From assembly GCA_963847785.1 (NCBI GenBank), contig CAWKBE010000010.1:66831-130830 (forward strand): a stretch of DNA of 64,000 nt, in the 5' to 3' direction. Shown here piece after piece: positions 30,875 to 40,828 of the stretch. This DNA is from an uncultured Alphaproteobacteria bacterium. GTDB lineage: Bacteria > Pseudomonadota > Alphaproteobacteria > Rhizobiales > Xanthobacteraceae. The translations under genes were made by a program, and so were the position numbers. The notes under the pieces were generated by a model that worked only from the letters and a program-made list of their open reading frames with translations, was not told the DNA's origin and searched no databases. Numbering within the stretch: position 1 is the first letter of the stretch; each line of letters opens with the position of its first letter.

Positions 30875-32551
30875 TCAGTTCGACCCGTCCAGCAGGCGCC
30901 GCGCGATCACGTGCGCCTGAATTTCGGCGGCGCCCTCGAAAATGTTGAGAATGCGCGCATCGCAGAGAATCCGCGACACCGGGAACTCGACCGCAAAGCC
31001 GTTGCCGCCGTGAATCTGCACGGCATTGTCGGCGGCGGCCCAGGCGACCCGCGCCGCCAAAAGCTTCGCCATGCCGGCCTCGAGATCGCAACGGCGGCCG
31101 GAATCCTTCTGCCGGGCGGCGTAATAGGTGAGCTGGCGCGCGATCGTGATTTCGACCGCCATCATCGCGAGCTTGTCGGCGACGCGCGGGAAATTGGCGA
31201 TCGGCTCGCCGAACTGCACGCGCGTCGTCGCATAGCTCATCGCCTGCTCCAGCGCCGATTGCGCCACGCCGACGGCGCGCGCCGCGGTCTGGATGCGCGC
31301 CAACTCGAACGTCGCCATGAGCTGCTTGAAGCCCAGGCCCTCGACACCGCCGAGGAGATTTTCGGCTTTCACCGCAAAGCCGTCGAAGGCGATCTCGTAT
31401 TCCTTCATGCCGCGATAGCCGAGCACTTCGATTTCGGTGCCCGACATGCCGGCGGCCGGGAACGGCCGCTCGTCGCTGCCGCGCGGCTTTTCCGCAAGCA
31501 GCATGGAGAGGCCGCGATAGCCTTTTTCGGCCGGATTGCTGCGCACCAAGAGCGTCATCAGATCGGCGCGCACCGGATGGGTGATCCAGGTCTTGTTGCC
31601 GTAGACTTTGTAGGCGTTGCCCTCGCGCACCGCGCGCGTCTTCAGCGAGGCCAGATCGGAGCCGGTATTCGGCTCGGTGAACACCGCCGTCGGCAGCACT
31701 TCGCCGGACGCGATCTTCGGCAGCCATTTGCGCTTCTGCTCTTCGGTGCCGCTGCCAAGGATAAGCTCGGCAGCGATCTCGGAGCGGGTGCCGAGGCTGC
31801 CGACGCCGATATAGCCGCGAGAGAGCTCCTCGGAGACGACGCACATCGATTCCTTGCCAAGCCCCATGCCGCCGTAATCCTCGGGGATGGTAAGACCGAA
31901 AACGCCGAGCTCGGACATCTGCGCGATGATGTCGAGCGGGATGTATTCGTTGCGCAGGTGCCATTCCTGCGCATGCGGCACGACCTGGCCGTCGGCGAAC
32001 TTGCGCATTTCCTCGCGGATCGAATCGAGCGTTTCCTCAAGCCCGGTCGCGCCGACGGTCGCCTCGCCGCGTTCGCGCATCAATTCGGCAAGCCGTGCCC
32101 GGCGCTGCGCCGTGTTGCCGTGGGTGATCAGACGCTCGACCGCGGAATTCATCCGCGCCGCCACCGCCGCCGGTCCAAGCCCCAAGTCGGCGAGACGCAC
32201 AATCTCGCCCTGGCTCATCGGAATGCCGCCGACGATCTGCGCGAGGTATTCACCGGCACCGATGCGCACCAAAAGCTCTTCGACCTCGCCGAAATTCCCG
32301 GTCGCCGCAAGCCGCTGCACATAGGCGGTCAGCTGACGCAGCGCCTCCACATAGGTGGCGAACCAGGCAAGCCCGTGCGCCGCGCGCTGCTCGCGATTGA
32401 GCGCGCGGGCAACCGCTCGGCCCTCGCGCACGATGCGCTCGGCGACCGCCCGGCGCGCATCCGCGAACAAGGCTTCGACGGCGTCGACCGCCTGGCTCAG
32501 CGTTCCGATCAATTCCTTCTCGGGGGACGTCGTGGATGCAGCAAGCGACAT
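30875..32551 (-). CDS. long-form acyl-CoA dehydrogenase; probable (2S)-methylsuccinyl-CoA dehydrogenase of the ethylmalonyl-CoA pathway
   Basis: 558 aa with an ACAD core (TEPNTGSDLASLKT, GGNGFAVEFPVSRILCDARILNIFEGAAEI) and an N-terminal extension of about 170 aa, as described for Mcd. Neighbours are etfBA, ccr and ecm. Confidence 0.6.
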   Translation of the reverse strand: MSLAASTTSPEKELIGTLSQAVDAVEALFADARRAVAERIVREGRAVARALNREQRAAHGLAWFATYVEALRQLTAYVQRLAATGNFGEVEELLVRIGAGEYLAQIVGGIPMSQGEIVRLADLGLGPAAVAARMNSAVERLITHGNTAQRRARLAELMRERGEATVGATGLEETLDSIREEMRKFADGQVVPHAQEWHLRNEYIPLDIIAQMSELGVFGLTIPEDYGGMGLGKESMCVVSEELSRGYIGVGSLGTRSEIAAELILGSGTEEQKRKWLPKIASGEVLPTAVFTEPNTGSDLASLKTRAVREGNAYKVYGNKTWITHPVRADLMTLLVRSNPAEKGYRGLSMLLAEKPRGSDERPFPAAGMSGTEIEVLGYRGMKEYEIAFDGFAVKAENLLGGVEGLGFKQLMATFELARIQTAARAVGVAQSALEQAMSYATTRVQFGEPIANFPRVADKLAMMAVEITIARQLTYYAARQKDSGRRCDLEAGMAKLLAARVAWAAADNAVQIHGGNGFAVEFPVSRILCDARILNIFEGAAEIQAHVIARRLLDGSN

Positions 32552-32750
32552 GAAATGGCTCCGATGAATCTCGGTTTTTGACGACCCCGGGACGGCCCGC
32601 CAAGCTTACGCGTGCAGTGCACAAAAGCCACATCTTCGGTCCTCCCCACTTCATGGAGGGAGGCTAGGACACCCCGCGTTGACAGGCTTCGTCGCCTGCC
32701 CTTGTCTGGCGCTGCCCTACAGACGCGACCGCTTAAGTCAGGAGACGCAA

Positions 32751-33896
32751 TTGGCCCGGGATGTTATCGACCACGCAATCATCCACCAAGACCGGCGGTC
32801 GACCAATCCGGTGTTCAACAGCCGCAAGCTCAAGCTCGGGACTTTCCAGACCAATCTCGACTACGGCTGCCTGATGGCCGACGTCGAAGGCCGATTGAAA
32901 ATCAGCTGGCCGAATACGGTGGCGTTGGCCAGGCTCGCCGACGAGATGGAGTTCGAGGCGCTGGTGCCGGTGGCGCGCTGGCGCGGCTTCGGCGGCAAGC
33001 TCAATCCGGCGGGACCCGGTTTCGAGACCTACACCTGGGCCTCGGGGATCGCCGCCTCGACCAACGCCGCCGGCGTCGTCGCCACCTCGCATTGTTCGAT
33101 CAACCATCCCATCGTCGCGGCGAAACAGGGAGCGGTGATCGACCACATCTCCAACGGCCGCATGATCCTCAACATCGTCACCGGCTGGAACAAACCGGAG
33201 ATCGACATGTTCGGGGTCGAAATGCTGCCGCACGACGAACGCTACGACATGGCCGAGGAATGGCTCGCCATCGTCAAGCGGCTTTGGACCGAGGACGACG
33301 AATTCGACCATGAGGGCAAGTACTACAAGATCGTGAAAGGCTACCTGCAGCCGAAACCGATTCAGCGGCCCTTTCCGGCCATCATGAATGCCGGCGGCTC
33401 GGAGCGCGGGCGTCACTTCGCCGGCAAATATTGCGATCTCGTCTTCACCGCGCTCGGCTCGCCGGACTTTGAGAAAAACAAGGCGCAGGTGGACGCCTAT
33501 CGCAAGCTCGCGCGCGAGGAATACAGCCGCGAGATCGCGGTCTGGACATCGGCGAATATCGTTCAAGCCGAAACGGAAGCAGAAGCGCGGCGCTTCGACA
33601 AATACATCGTCAGCGAAAAAGGCGACTGGGAAGCGGTGACGTTCGCGCTGGCGACGCTCGGCCTCAACGCCAAGACGTTCTCCGCCGAAGCGTTAAAACA
33701 TCTCAAGGAACTCTTCATTGCCGGCTGGGGCGGCTATCCACTGATCGGCACCAAGGAGCAGGTGGTCGACGGTCTCAAGATGCTTTCGGCCATGGGACTC
33801 GACGGCGTGCTGTTGTCCTGGCCGCGCTTCGAGGCGGGGATGCGGGAATTCAAGTACGTCACCTATCCGCTGCTCGTGCAAGCCGGATTGCGCTGA
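32751..33896 (+). CDS. LLM-class flavin-dependent oxidoreductase (luciferase-like monooxygenase)
   Basis: FEALVPVARWRGFGG, ILNIVTGWNKPEIDMFG and MNAGGSERGRHFAGKYCDLVFT. TTG 32751 preceded by AGGAGA was chosen as start (uncertain). Confidence 0.8.
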   Translation: MARDVIDHAIIHQDRRSTNPVFNSRKLKLGTFQTNLDYGCLMADVEGRLKISWPNTVALARLADEMEFEALVPVARWRGFGGKLNPAGPGFETYTWASGIAASTNAAGVVATSHCSINHPIVAAKQGAVIDHISNGRMILNIVTGWNKPEIDMFGVEMLPHDERYDMAEEWLAIVKRLWTEDDEFDHEGKYYKIVKGYLQPKPIQRPFPAIMNAGGSERGRHFAGKYCDLVFTALGSPDFEKNKAQVDAYRKLAREEYSREIAVWTSANIVQAETEAEARRFDKYIVSEKGDWEAVTFALATLGLNAKTFSAEALKHLKELFIAGWGGYPLIGTKEQVVDGLKMLSAMGLDGVLLSWPRFEAGMREFKYVTYPLLVQAGLR

Positions 33897-33930
33897 AAAA
33901 AATCCAAAGCAAAGCCAAAAAGGAAAACCG

Positions 33931-34701
33931 ATGCCACGTCTGCACGGGAAGGTCGCCATCGTCACCGGCGCGGCGGCGGGTCAGAAGGCCGCGCTCGGAT
34001 CGGTATTCGCCAGGGCGCTGGCCGCCGAGGGCGCCAAAGTCGTACTCGCCGACACCAAGGATTGCAGCCCGGTCGCAGCCGAGATCACGGCTGCGGGCGG
34101 CACGGCGCTTCCCATCCTTGCCGATGTCCGCGAGGCCAAATCGGTCGCGGCGATGATCGCGGAAACGGAGAGCAACTTCGGCAGGCTCGACATCCTCGTC
34201 AACAACGCCGCGGTCGGTTCGAACATCCCGCCGGTGGCCATCGAAGACATCGACGTCGTGCAATGGGACGAGTTCATGGCGGTCAATGTCAGGGGCACGT
34301 TCCTCTGCACCAGGGCCGCCATTCCGGCGATGCACCGGAACAATTACGGAAAAATCATCAATCTCTCTTCGACGACGATGCTCTCGGGCCTGTCGCATCG
34401 TTTGCACTACGTCACCAGCAAGGGCGCGATCGCCGCGATGACGCGGTCAATGGCGCGGGAGCTCGGGCCGTCCGGCATCCGCGTGAATACGCTGGCGCCG
34501 GGCCTGGTGATGAACGATTCCGTCGCCGCGGCGATGGCCGGACGCCCGGGGCTGCATGATTTTGTTTTGAGCACGCGGGCGATCGGGAAGGACGTTTTCG
34601 CCGACGAACTCGTCGGCACTTTGATCTATCTGGCGGCGCCCGACAGCGATGCGGTGACCGGCCAGTTCCTGATTGTCGACAATGGCGGCGACTACACGTG
34701 A
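33931..34701 (+). CDS. SDR-family oxidoreductase
   Basis: GKVAIVTGAAAG Rossmann motif, NNAA, and catalytic YVTSK. Confidence 0.88.
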   Translation: MPRLHGKVAIVTGAAAGQKAALGSVFARALAAEGAKVVLADTKDCSPVAAEITAAGGTALPILADVREAKSVAAMIAETESNFGRLDILVNNAAVGSNIPPVAIEDIDVVQWDEFMAVNVRGTFLCTRAAIPAMHRNNYGKIINLSSTTMLSGLSHRLHYVTSKGAIAAMTRSMARELGPSGIRVNTLAPGLVMNDSVAAAMAGRPGLHDFVLSTRAIGKDVFADELVGTLIYLAAPDSDAVTGQFLIVDNGGDYT

Positions 34702-34754
34702 CGCGACCGAGCCTTTCGCGGGCCGTCGTGGTCGCGATGGAATGACATGTTGGA

Positions 34755-35636
34755 ATGACATATCTGTTGGGTCAAACGTCCCGCCAAGGCAGCCTCGCAT
34801 TGCATACGATCAACCTGTGCTTTCGCATCGTCATTGAAGCCTTCTATCGCTTCAACCGCGATGACGGCTGGGCTATCGCCAGCCACATCGCGCTGTCGAT
34901 CTTGATGGCGGTATTCCCGTTTCTGATCGTGGTGACCGCTATCGCCGGCTTCATCGGCTCCGGCAATCTCGCGGACGAAGTCGCGCGGCTGATGTTCGCG
35001 GCGTGGCCCAAACAGGTGGCCGGCCCGATCGCCAGCGAGATCCACAACGTGCTCACGACCACACGCGGCGGCGTTTTGACGCTCGGCGCGGTGTTCGCCG
35101 TCTATTTCGCTTCGAGTGGCATCGAAAGCCTGCGCATCGGCCTCAATCGCGCTTACGGATTGCGGGAAGAGCGCAGCTTTTGGCTGCTGCGGCTGGAATC
35201 GATCGGCTACGTGCTCGTCAGCGCGATCGCGCTTTTGGCGCTGGCGTTTCTGGTCGTACTCGGGCCGCTGATCTTCAAGGCCGCCGTCCGTTACGCGCCG
35301 TGGATCGAGCCGCTGCAATCCCATTTCAATTTCGCGCGCTTCGGCATCGGCGGCCTGGTGCTGGCCGTGGCTTTATTCATTTTGCATATGTGGCTGCCGG
35401 CCGGACGGCGGCGGCTCGGCGGCGTATGGCCCGGCATCGCGGCGACTTTGGTGCTCTGGCTCGCGTGCGGCTACGCCTTCGGCCACTACCTCGCGGATTT
35501 CGCCTATACCTACGTGACCTATTATGCCGGTCTCGCCTCGGCGATGATCGCGCTGGTATTTCTCTATTACAGCGCCTGGATTTTCGTCTACGGCGGCGAG
35601 CTCAATGCCGCGATCGCGCGCGAGAAAGCCGCGTAG
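34755..35636 (+). CDS. YihY/BrkB-family inner-membrane protein
   Basis: Six helices, with RDDGWAIASHIALSILMAVFPFL and GIESLRIGLNRAYG motifs. Confidence 0.8.
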   Translation: MTYLLGQTSRQGSLALHTINLCFRIVIEAFYRFNRDDGWAIASHIALSILMAVFPFLIVVTAIAGFIGSGNLADEVARLMFAAWPKQVAGPIASEIHNVLTTTRGGVLTLGAVFAVYFASSGIESLRIGLNRAYGLREERSFWLLRLESIGYVLVSAIALLALAFLVVLGPLIFKAAVRYAPWIEPLQSHFNFARFGIGGLVLAVALFILHMWLPAGRRRLGGVWPGIAATLVLWLACGYAFGHYLADFAYTYVTYYAGLASAMIALVFLYYSAWIFVYGGELNAAIAREKAA

Positions 35637-35645
35637 CCTTTACCG

Positions 35646-36959
35646 TCAACCCCGGGCGTTGTTCGATTGCCGGGTCAGCTCCGGCAGCGACGCCGCTTCG
35701 AGCACGTCTTCGAAATTCCGCAAGCCGGGGCGCGTGGCGTTGACCAGCACCGCCATGTTGCCGGGCTTGTGCCGGTTGGTGCGCATCAATTCGTGCGCGT
35801 ACGGAATCTTCTCCCAGGGAAACACATCGCTCATGCACGGATCGATGCGGCGATCGATGACGAAGCGATTGGCGGCGCTGGCCTGCTTCAAATGCGCGAA
35901 GTGCGAGCCCTGCACGCGCTTCTGCCGCATCCACACATAACGCGCGTCGAACGTGATGTTGTAGCCCGAGGTGCCGGCGCAGAACACGACCATGCCGCCG
36001 CGCTTCACCACCAGGCAGGACACCGGGAACGTCGCCTCGCCGGGATGCTCGAAGACGATATCGACGTCGCGCTTGCCGGTAATGTCCCAGATCGCCTTGC
36101 CGAAGCGGCGAGCCTCTTTGGCCCAGGCATCGTATTCGGGCGTGCCCACTTTCGGCATCGCACCCCAGCACTTGAATTCCTTGCGGTTGATGGCGCCCTT
36201 GGCGCCGAGATTGAACACGTATTCCATCTTCAACTCGTCGGACACGACAGCGATGGCATTGGCGCCGGAGGCGGCGACAAGCTGCAGGCCGAACACGCCG
36301 AGCCCGCCCGAGGCGCCCCATACCAGCACGTTGTCGCCCGGCTTGAGCGTGTGCGGCGGATGGCCGAACAGCATGCGGTAGGCGGTGGCGAGCGTGAGCG
36401 TGTAGCAGGCCGCCTCTTCCCAGGTCAGATGCGCCGGCTTCTGCATGAGCTGGCGCGACTGCACGCGGCAGAATTGCGCGAACGAGCCGTCCGGCGTCTC
36501 GTAGCCCCAGATGCGCTGGGACGGCGACAATAGCGGATCGCCGCCGTTGCATTCCTCGTCGTCGCCGTCGTCCTGATTGCAGTGAACGATCACTTCGTCG
36601 CCGACGCTCCAGCGCCGGACCTTCGCACCTACCGCCCATACGACGCCGGACGCGTCCGAGCCGGCGACATGAAACGGGTTTTTATGCACGTCGAGCGGCG
36701 AGATCGGCTGGCCGAGCCCGGCCCACACGCCGTTGTAGTTGACGCCGCCGGCCATCACGTAGACCAGCACCTCGTCATCGCCGATCGGCCAGGTCGGCAA
36801 CACTTCGTGCTGCATCGCCGTTTCAGGCGGGCCATGACGTTCCTTGCGGATCGCCCAACCATGCATGTTCGCCGGCACATGACCGAGCGGCGGCACTTCA
36901 CCGATGTCGTAGAGGTCCTTCAGCGGCGCCGCTGACGGTTTCTTCTGCGCAACGGCCAT
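35646..36959 (-). CDS. ccr: crotonyl-CoA carboxylase/reductase
   Basis: 437 aa from ATG 36959 with LYDIGEVPPLGHVP, AGGVNYNGVWA, CNQDDGDDEECNGGDP, IWGYETPDGSFAQF, VWGASGGLG and GNMAVLV. These are hallmarks of Ccr rather than generic MDR reductases. Confidence 0.9.
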   Translation of the reverse strand: MAVAQKKPSAAPLKDLYDIGEVPPLGHVPANMHGWAIRKERHGPPETAMQHEVLPTWPIGDDEVLVYVMAGGVNYNGVWAGLGQPISPLDVHKNPFHVAGSDASGVVWAVGAKVRRWSVGDEVIVHCNQDDGDDEECNGGDPLLSPSQRIWGYETPDGSFAQFCRVQSRQLMQKPAHLTWEEAACYTLTLATAYRMLFGHPPHTLKPGDNVLVWGASGGLGVFGLQLVAASGANAIAVVSDELKMEYVFNLGAKGAINRKEFKCWGAMPKVGTPEYDAWAKEARRFGKAIWDITGKRDVDIVFEHPGEATFPVSCLVVKRGGMVVFCAGTSGYNITFDARYVWMRQKRVQGSHFAHLKQASAANRFVIDRRIDPCMSDVFPWEKIPYAHELMRTNRHKPGNMAVLVNATRPGLRNFEDVLEAASLPELTRQSNNARG

Positions 36960-37168
36960 GTGCCTGACTCCGGTTAATCGGCCAACTTTGCAAACATCAG
37001 TGTGCCGCAGTTGATGTTGCAGCGCAATAAGCACTTCGGGCGTGACGCGGTTCCCTGCGAACGCAATTACTGACAGAGGGTTTCCGCAGCCGTATGCTCC
37101 GTGGGCGAAGGAAGTGCCCTGCATGCAGGGCGCTGGCCTTGCGGAAACGGGGAAATTCGGGGGGATTC

Positions 37169-37423
37169 ATGGAAGTTGAGAGCATTGTCGTCTGGCTGGT
37201 CATCGGCGCGGTGGCCGGCTGGCTTGCCGGCGTGATCGTCAAGGGTGGCGGCTTCGGGCTGATCGGCGATATCGTGGTCGGCATCATCGGCGCCGTCATT
37301 GCCGGATGGCTGCTGCCGTATCTGCATATCAATATCGGCAGCGGGATCGTCGCCTCAATCATCGACGCCGTCATTGGCGCGGTGATTTTGCTTGTGATCC
37401 TTCGGCTGATCAAACGGGCTTAA
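37169..37423 (+). CDS. GlsB/YeaQ/YmgE-family (transglycosylase-associated) stress membrane protein
   Basis: 84 aa with WLVIGAVAGWLAGVIVKGGGFGLIGDIVVGIIGAVIAGWL. Confidence 0.85.
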   Translation: MEVESIVVWLVIGAVAGWLAGVIVKGGGFGLIGDIVVGIIGAVIAGWLLPYLHINIGSGIVASIIDAVIGAVILLVILRLIKRA

Positions 37424-37467
37424 TGCTTCTTCAACGCCGCGTGCCTAGCCTCGCCGGGGCGCGGCCT

Positions 37468-38495
37468 ATGGCCCTGTTCGCATTATCTTCCGGGCGAAGC
37501 GCTGGATCACGGCTGCCGCGGCTTGTGGAGTCCATCTGCCTCGCCGTCCTCATCGCGGACGTCGTGTTCCTCGCAGGCTCGTACTTCACCGGCATGTGGC
37601 TCGTTGCGCAGGGCGGCGGTCGCGACCGACTTCGTCAATGTCTGGGCCGCCGGCCGGTTGGTGCTCGGCGGCCATGCGGCCGCGGCCTACGATTGGCCGA
37701 CCCACAAACTCGCCGAAGACGGCCCGTTGGGCCATACCTTCGACGGCTATTGCGGCTGGCATTACCCGCCGCCATTTTGTTCGTCGCGGCCGCTCTCGCC
37801 TCGCTGCCCTAGACTTTCACTTTTCTAGCCTGGACCGCCGGAACTTTCCTGACGTATCTCGTGGCGATACGCACCATCGTCGGTGATCGCGTCGGTGATC
37901 TTCTCGCCGCGGCCTTTCCCCCGGTGCTGGCGAATTTTTTCGTCGGCCAAAACGGATTTCTCAGCGCGGCGTTGTTTCGGCGGCACGCTCATTCTCATCG
38001 ACCGCCGCCAAGCTCGCCTTTCTCGGCAACGTCGGCCAATCCTCGCAGGCCGTCTTCGCCGGAGGCAAAGCGGACTGGAGCAAGCTGCAAACCGCATTCG
38101 GTCTCGTGCGTACGCTCGGCGGCGGAGAGGCGCTGGCGTGGACCGCACAGGCTGCGGTGGCGGTGACCGCGGCGGCGGTCGTTGCCTACGTCTGGCGGAG
38201 CCGCGCCGCGTACGAGATCAAGGCGGCGGCGCTCGGGACCGGAGCTATGCTGGCGACGCCCTATCTCTACACCTATGACCTCGAGGTTCTCGCCGTTGCG
38301 CTTGCTTTCCTTTTCCGGCTTGGCCGCACGCAAGGCTTCTTGGCCAATGAACTCGCTGCCATCGGCGTAGCGTGCCTCTTGATCCTGAGCTTCATCCTGC
38401 CGTTCGTGAAGGTGCAGGTGGGGCTTGTCGCCGTCGTCATCGTGGCGGCGCTGATCGCGCGCCGCGCGTTGGCGCCGCGGAGCCTCTCAGCGTGA
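37468..38495 (+). pseudogene. GT87/DUF2029-like membrane glycosyltransferase, tandem copy 1 (at least 3 frameshifts, one nonsense codon, internal deletion)
   Basis: Pieces in three frames: MALFALSS...FTGMW / ATDFVNVWAAGRLVLGGHAAAAYDWPTHKLAE...GWHYPPPF / LFVAAALASLP-TAG(37810)-TFTFLAW...GQNGFLSAALF / ...ADWSKLQTAFGLVRTLGGGEALAWTAQ...PYLYTYDLEVLAV. About 80 aa are missing relative to copy 2. Confidence 0.7.
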
Positions 38496-39696
38496 GCACC
38501 CAGGCAACGCTGCAGGCGCCGGCGGCATTAAAGCCGCCGGCCACGCGCCTCATCCGCCTGATCGGCCTGACGCTCGCGCTCGGCTATCTGATCGTTCTCG
38601 CTGGTGCCTATCTCAAAGGCGAATTTCCGATCGACCCGCAGGGCCGGCTGATCGCCAACGACTTCGTCAATGTCATGGCTGCCGGACGGCTCACGCTCGC
38701 GAGCGAACCGGTCGCGCGTACGACTGGCCGCTGCACAAACAAGCCGAAGTCCGCGCCATCGGCCACGACTTCGAGGATTATTACGGCTGGCACTATCCGC
38801 CGACTTCCCTCTTCGTTGCCGCGGCGCTGGCGACGCTGCCTTATCTGACCGCCGCCATCGGCTGGCTCGCGGCGACCATATGCGCCTACGCGGCTGCGAT
38901 CGCCGGCATTCTCGGCCGCCGCACCGGCGTCCTGGTCGCGCTCGGATTTCCCGCCGCGCTCTGGAACATCACCGCCGGGCAAAACGGCTTCCTCACCGCC
39001 GCGCTGATCGGCTGCACGTTGTCGCTCCTGCAAAGCGGCCGGCTTTGGCCGGCGTCTGTCTCGGGCTCCTCACCTACAAGCCGCAATTCGGCTTGCTGTT
39101 TCCGCTGGTGCTGATCGCGGATCGGCGCTGGCTGACTATTGCGGTGGCGGCTTTGGTTGCAGTCGGTCTTGCTGCGGCGTCCTGGCTCGCCTTCGGCAGC
39201 GCCAGCTGGGAGACCTTCCTACATTGGATGCCGATCACCAGCCGCGTCGTGCTGACCGAGGGCCACGCCGACTGGAACCGCTTGCAAAGCCTGTTCGGCT
39301 TGGTGCGCCCGCTCGGCGGCAGTGAACAACTGGCGTGGACGGTGCAAGCGGTTGGCAGCCTTGCAGCCGCCGTTGCGGTCATCGGCTTGTGGCGCAGCCG
39401 TGCGTCGTTCGATCTCAAGGCGGCCGCGCTCGCCGCCGGCACGCTCGTCATAACGCCGTACCTTTATATGTACGATCTCGTCGTACTCGCCGTCGCCGTC
39501 GCGTTTTTTGCTGCGCTTCGCGCCGGAACGGGGCTTTCACACCAGCGAGATCGCCGGACTTGGCGTCGCCGGAACGCTCATCCTGATCTTCCCCTACGTC
39601 AAGACCCAGGTCGGGCTCGCCGCGGTGTCGATCGTGCTGGCGTTGGTGATCGGGCGCGCGCGCACAGTGGCGCGGTTCACTCCGCAGGCACCATAA
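38492..39696 (+). pseudogene. GT87/DUF2029-like membrane glycosyltransferase, tandem copy 2 (at least 3 frameshifts)
   Basis: GTG 38492 overlaps the copy-1 stop. ANDFVNVMAAGRLTLA (shift near 38705), YDWPLHKQAEVRAIGHDFEDYYGWHYPP...GQNGFLTAALIG (shift near 39040), GVCLGLLTYKPQFGLLFPLVLI...PYLYMYDLVVLAVAVAF (shift near 39505), LRFAPERGFHTSEIAGLGVAG. Confidence 0.7.
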
Positions 39697-40669
39697 CGGG
39701 CGTCGGCGCGGCAACAGCGAAACCAGCTTGCCGGGGCGCGATGATCTGTCCAATTCGGCGCGCCGCAACGATCGCCAACGCGGCAATCGCCACGCCGGCG
39801 ATGACGTCGATGAAATAGTGGCCGCCGTTGAGCGGCGTCGCCGCCAGCATCGCGCCGTTTACCAGCAGCGCCAACGGGCGGACCCAGCGCACCGCCCACA
39901 ACGCCCAGGCGAACAGCACGGCCGACGCCGCGTGAAAGCTCGGAAAGGTCACGATGCCGCCGAGACCGAGAAGCTCGAGATGACGCAGCACGCCCTCACG
40001 CGTCGGCGGAAGATCGCGCAACTGGTCGAGATAAGCTCCCGGATTTATATTTTTGACGCTGCCGGGATCGAGCCCGATCTGCTGATAGACGCCGATCGCC
40101 GGCACCAGCGCCGATATAATTGTCGTGGCGGCAAGAGCAATTCCGAAGGCAAAAGTGAATTCTTCGATGCGCCGATAGCGGTGCTTCGCCGCCAGCATCA
40201 CCGGAATGGCGAAAAGCGGCCAGCCGATCATGCCGTAACCGACATTCAGCCAGCTCGCGAGCCCCGGGCGACCGTCGACGAAATGCACGTAGGCCGCCCA
40301 ATCGAAGCCCAGCGCCCGATCGGCGGCGAGCAAGGCCGAGTCCTGCATGGGAAAATCGATCGCCGCCGCGACATAGGTCATCGGCGCCATGACCGCGGTG
40401 ATCAGGGCGATCTGTGCGGTTGAGCCCAAGACGAACATGACTTGCGGATCGCGCCGGGTCGGCGAGCGCGCGTTGGCATGCGCAAAGCCGGCGTAAATTC
40501 CGACATAGCCGACGGCGATCAACATACCGAGCGGTGCGATGGTGAAATCGGAGACCAGAAGGCTGAACGCCAGCGTCAGTGCCAAAGCGCCGACGACGAT
40601 CCAGTTGAACAGGAAGAAGCGCCAGACCGCTTCGATCTCGTCCGGCATTGTCGCGGGACTCGTTTGCAT
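39677..40669 (-). CDS. PAP2-superfamily membrane phosphatase/transferase
   Basis: 330 aa, multi-pass, with C-terminal PAP2 motifs FPSFHAASAV and GGHYFIDVIAG. Confidence 0.75.
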   Translation of the reverse strand: MQTSPATMPDEIEAVWRFFLFNWIVVGALALTLAFSLLVSDFTIAPLGMLIAVGYVGIYAGFAHANARSPTRRDPQVMFVLGSTAQIALITAVMAPMTYVAAAIDFPMQDSALLAADRALGFDWAAYVHFVDGRPGLASWLNVGYGMIGWPLFAIPVMLAAKHRYRRIEEFTFAFGIALAATTIISALVPAIGVYQQIGLDPGSVKNINPGAYLDQLRDLPPTREGVLRHLELLGLGGIVTFPSFHAASAVLFAWALWAVRWVRPLALLVNGAMLAATPLNGGHYFIDVIAGVAIAALAIVAARRIGQIIAPRQAGFAVAAPTPVMVPAE

Positions 40670-40828
40670 ACCGGCAAACTGACCCGGCAGCGGTTAAAGC
40701 CTGGAGAATCCCGATGGTTAAAGTCCGGCCCAACGATTGACTATGCTTAATGTTGCGTCGCAACAAAATCCGCGTCACATTAGCCACGCCGGAACAGTGG
40801 TGAGCCGCGCAGAAACACATCGAAAACG

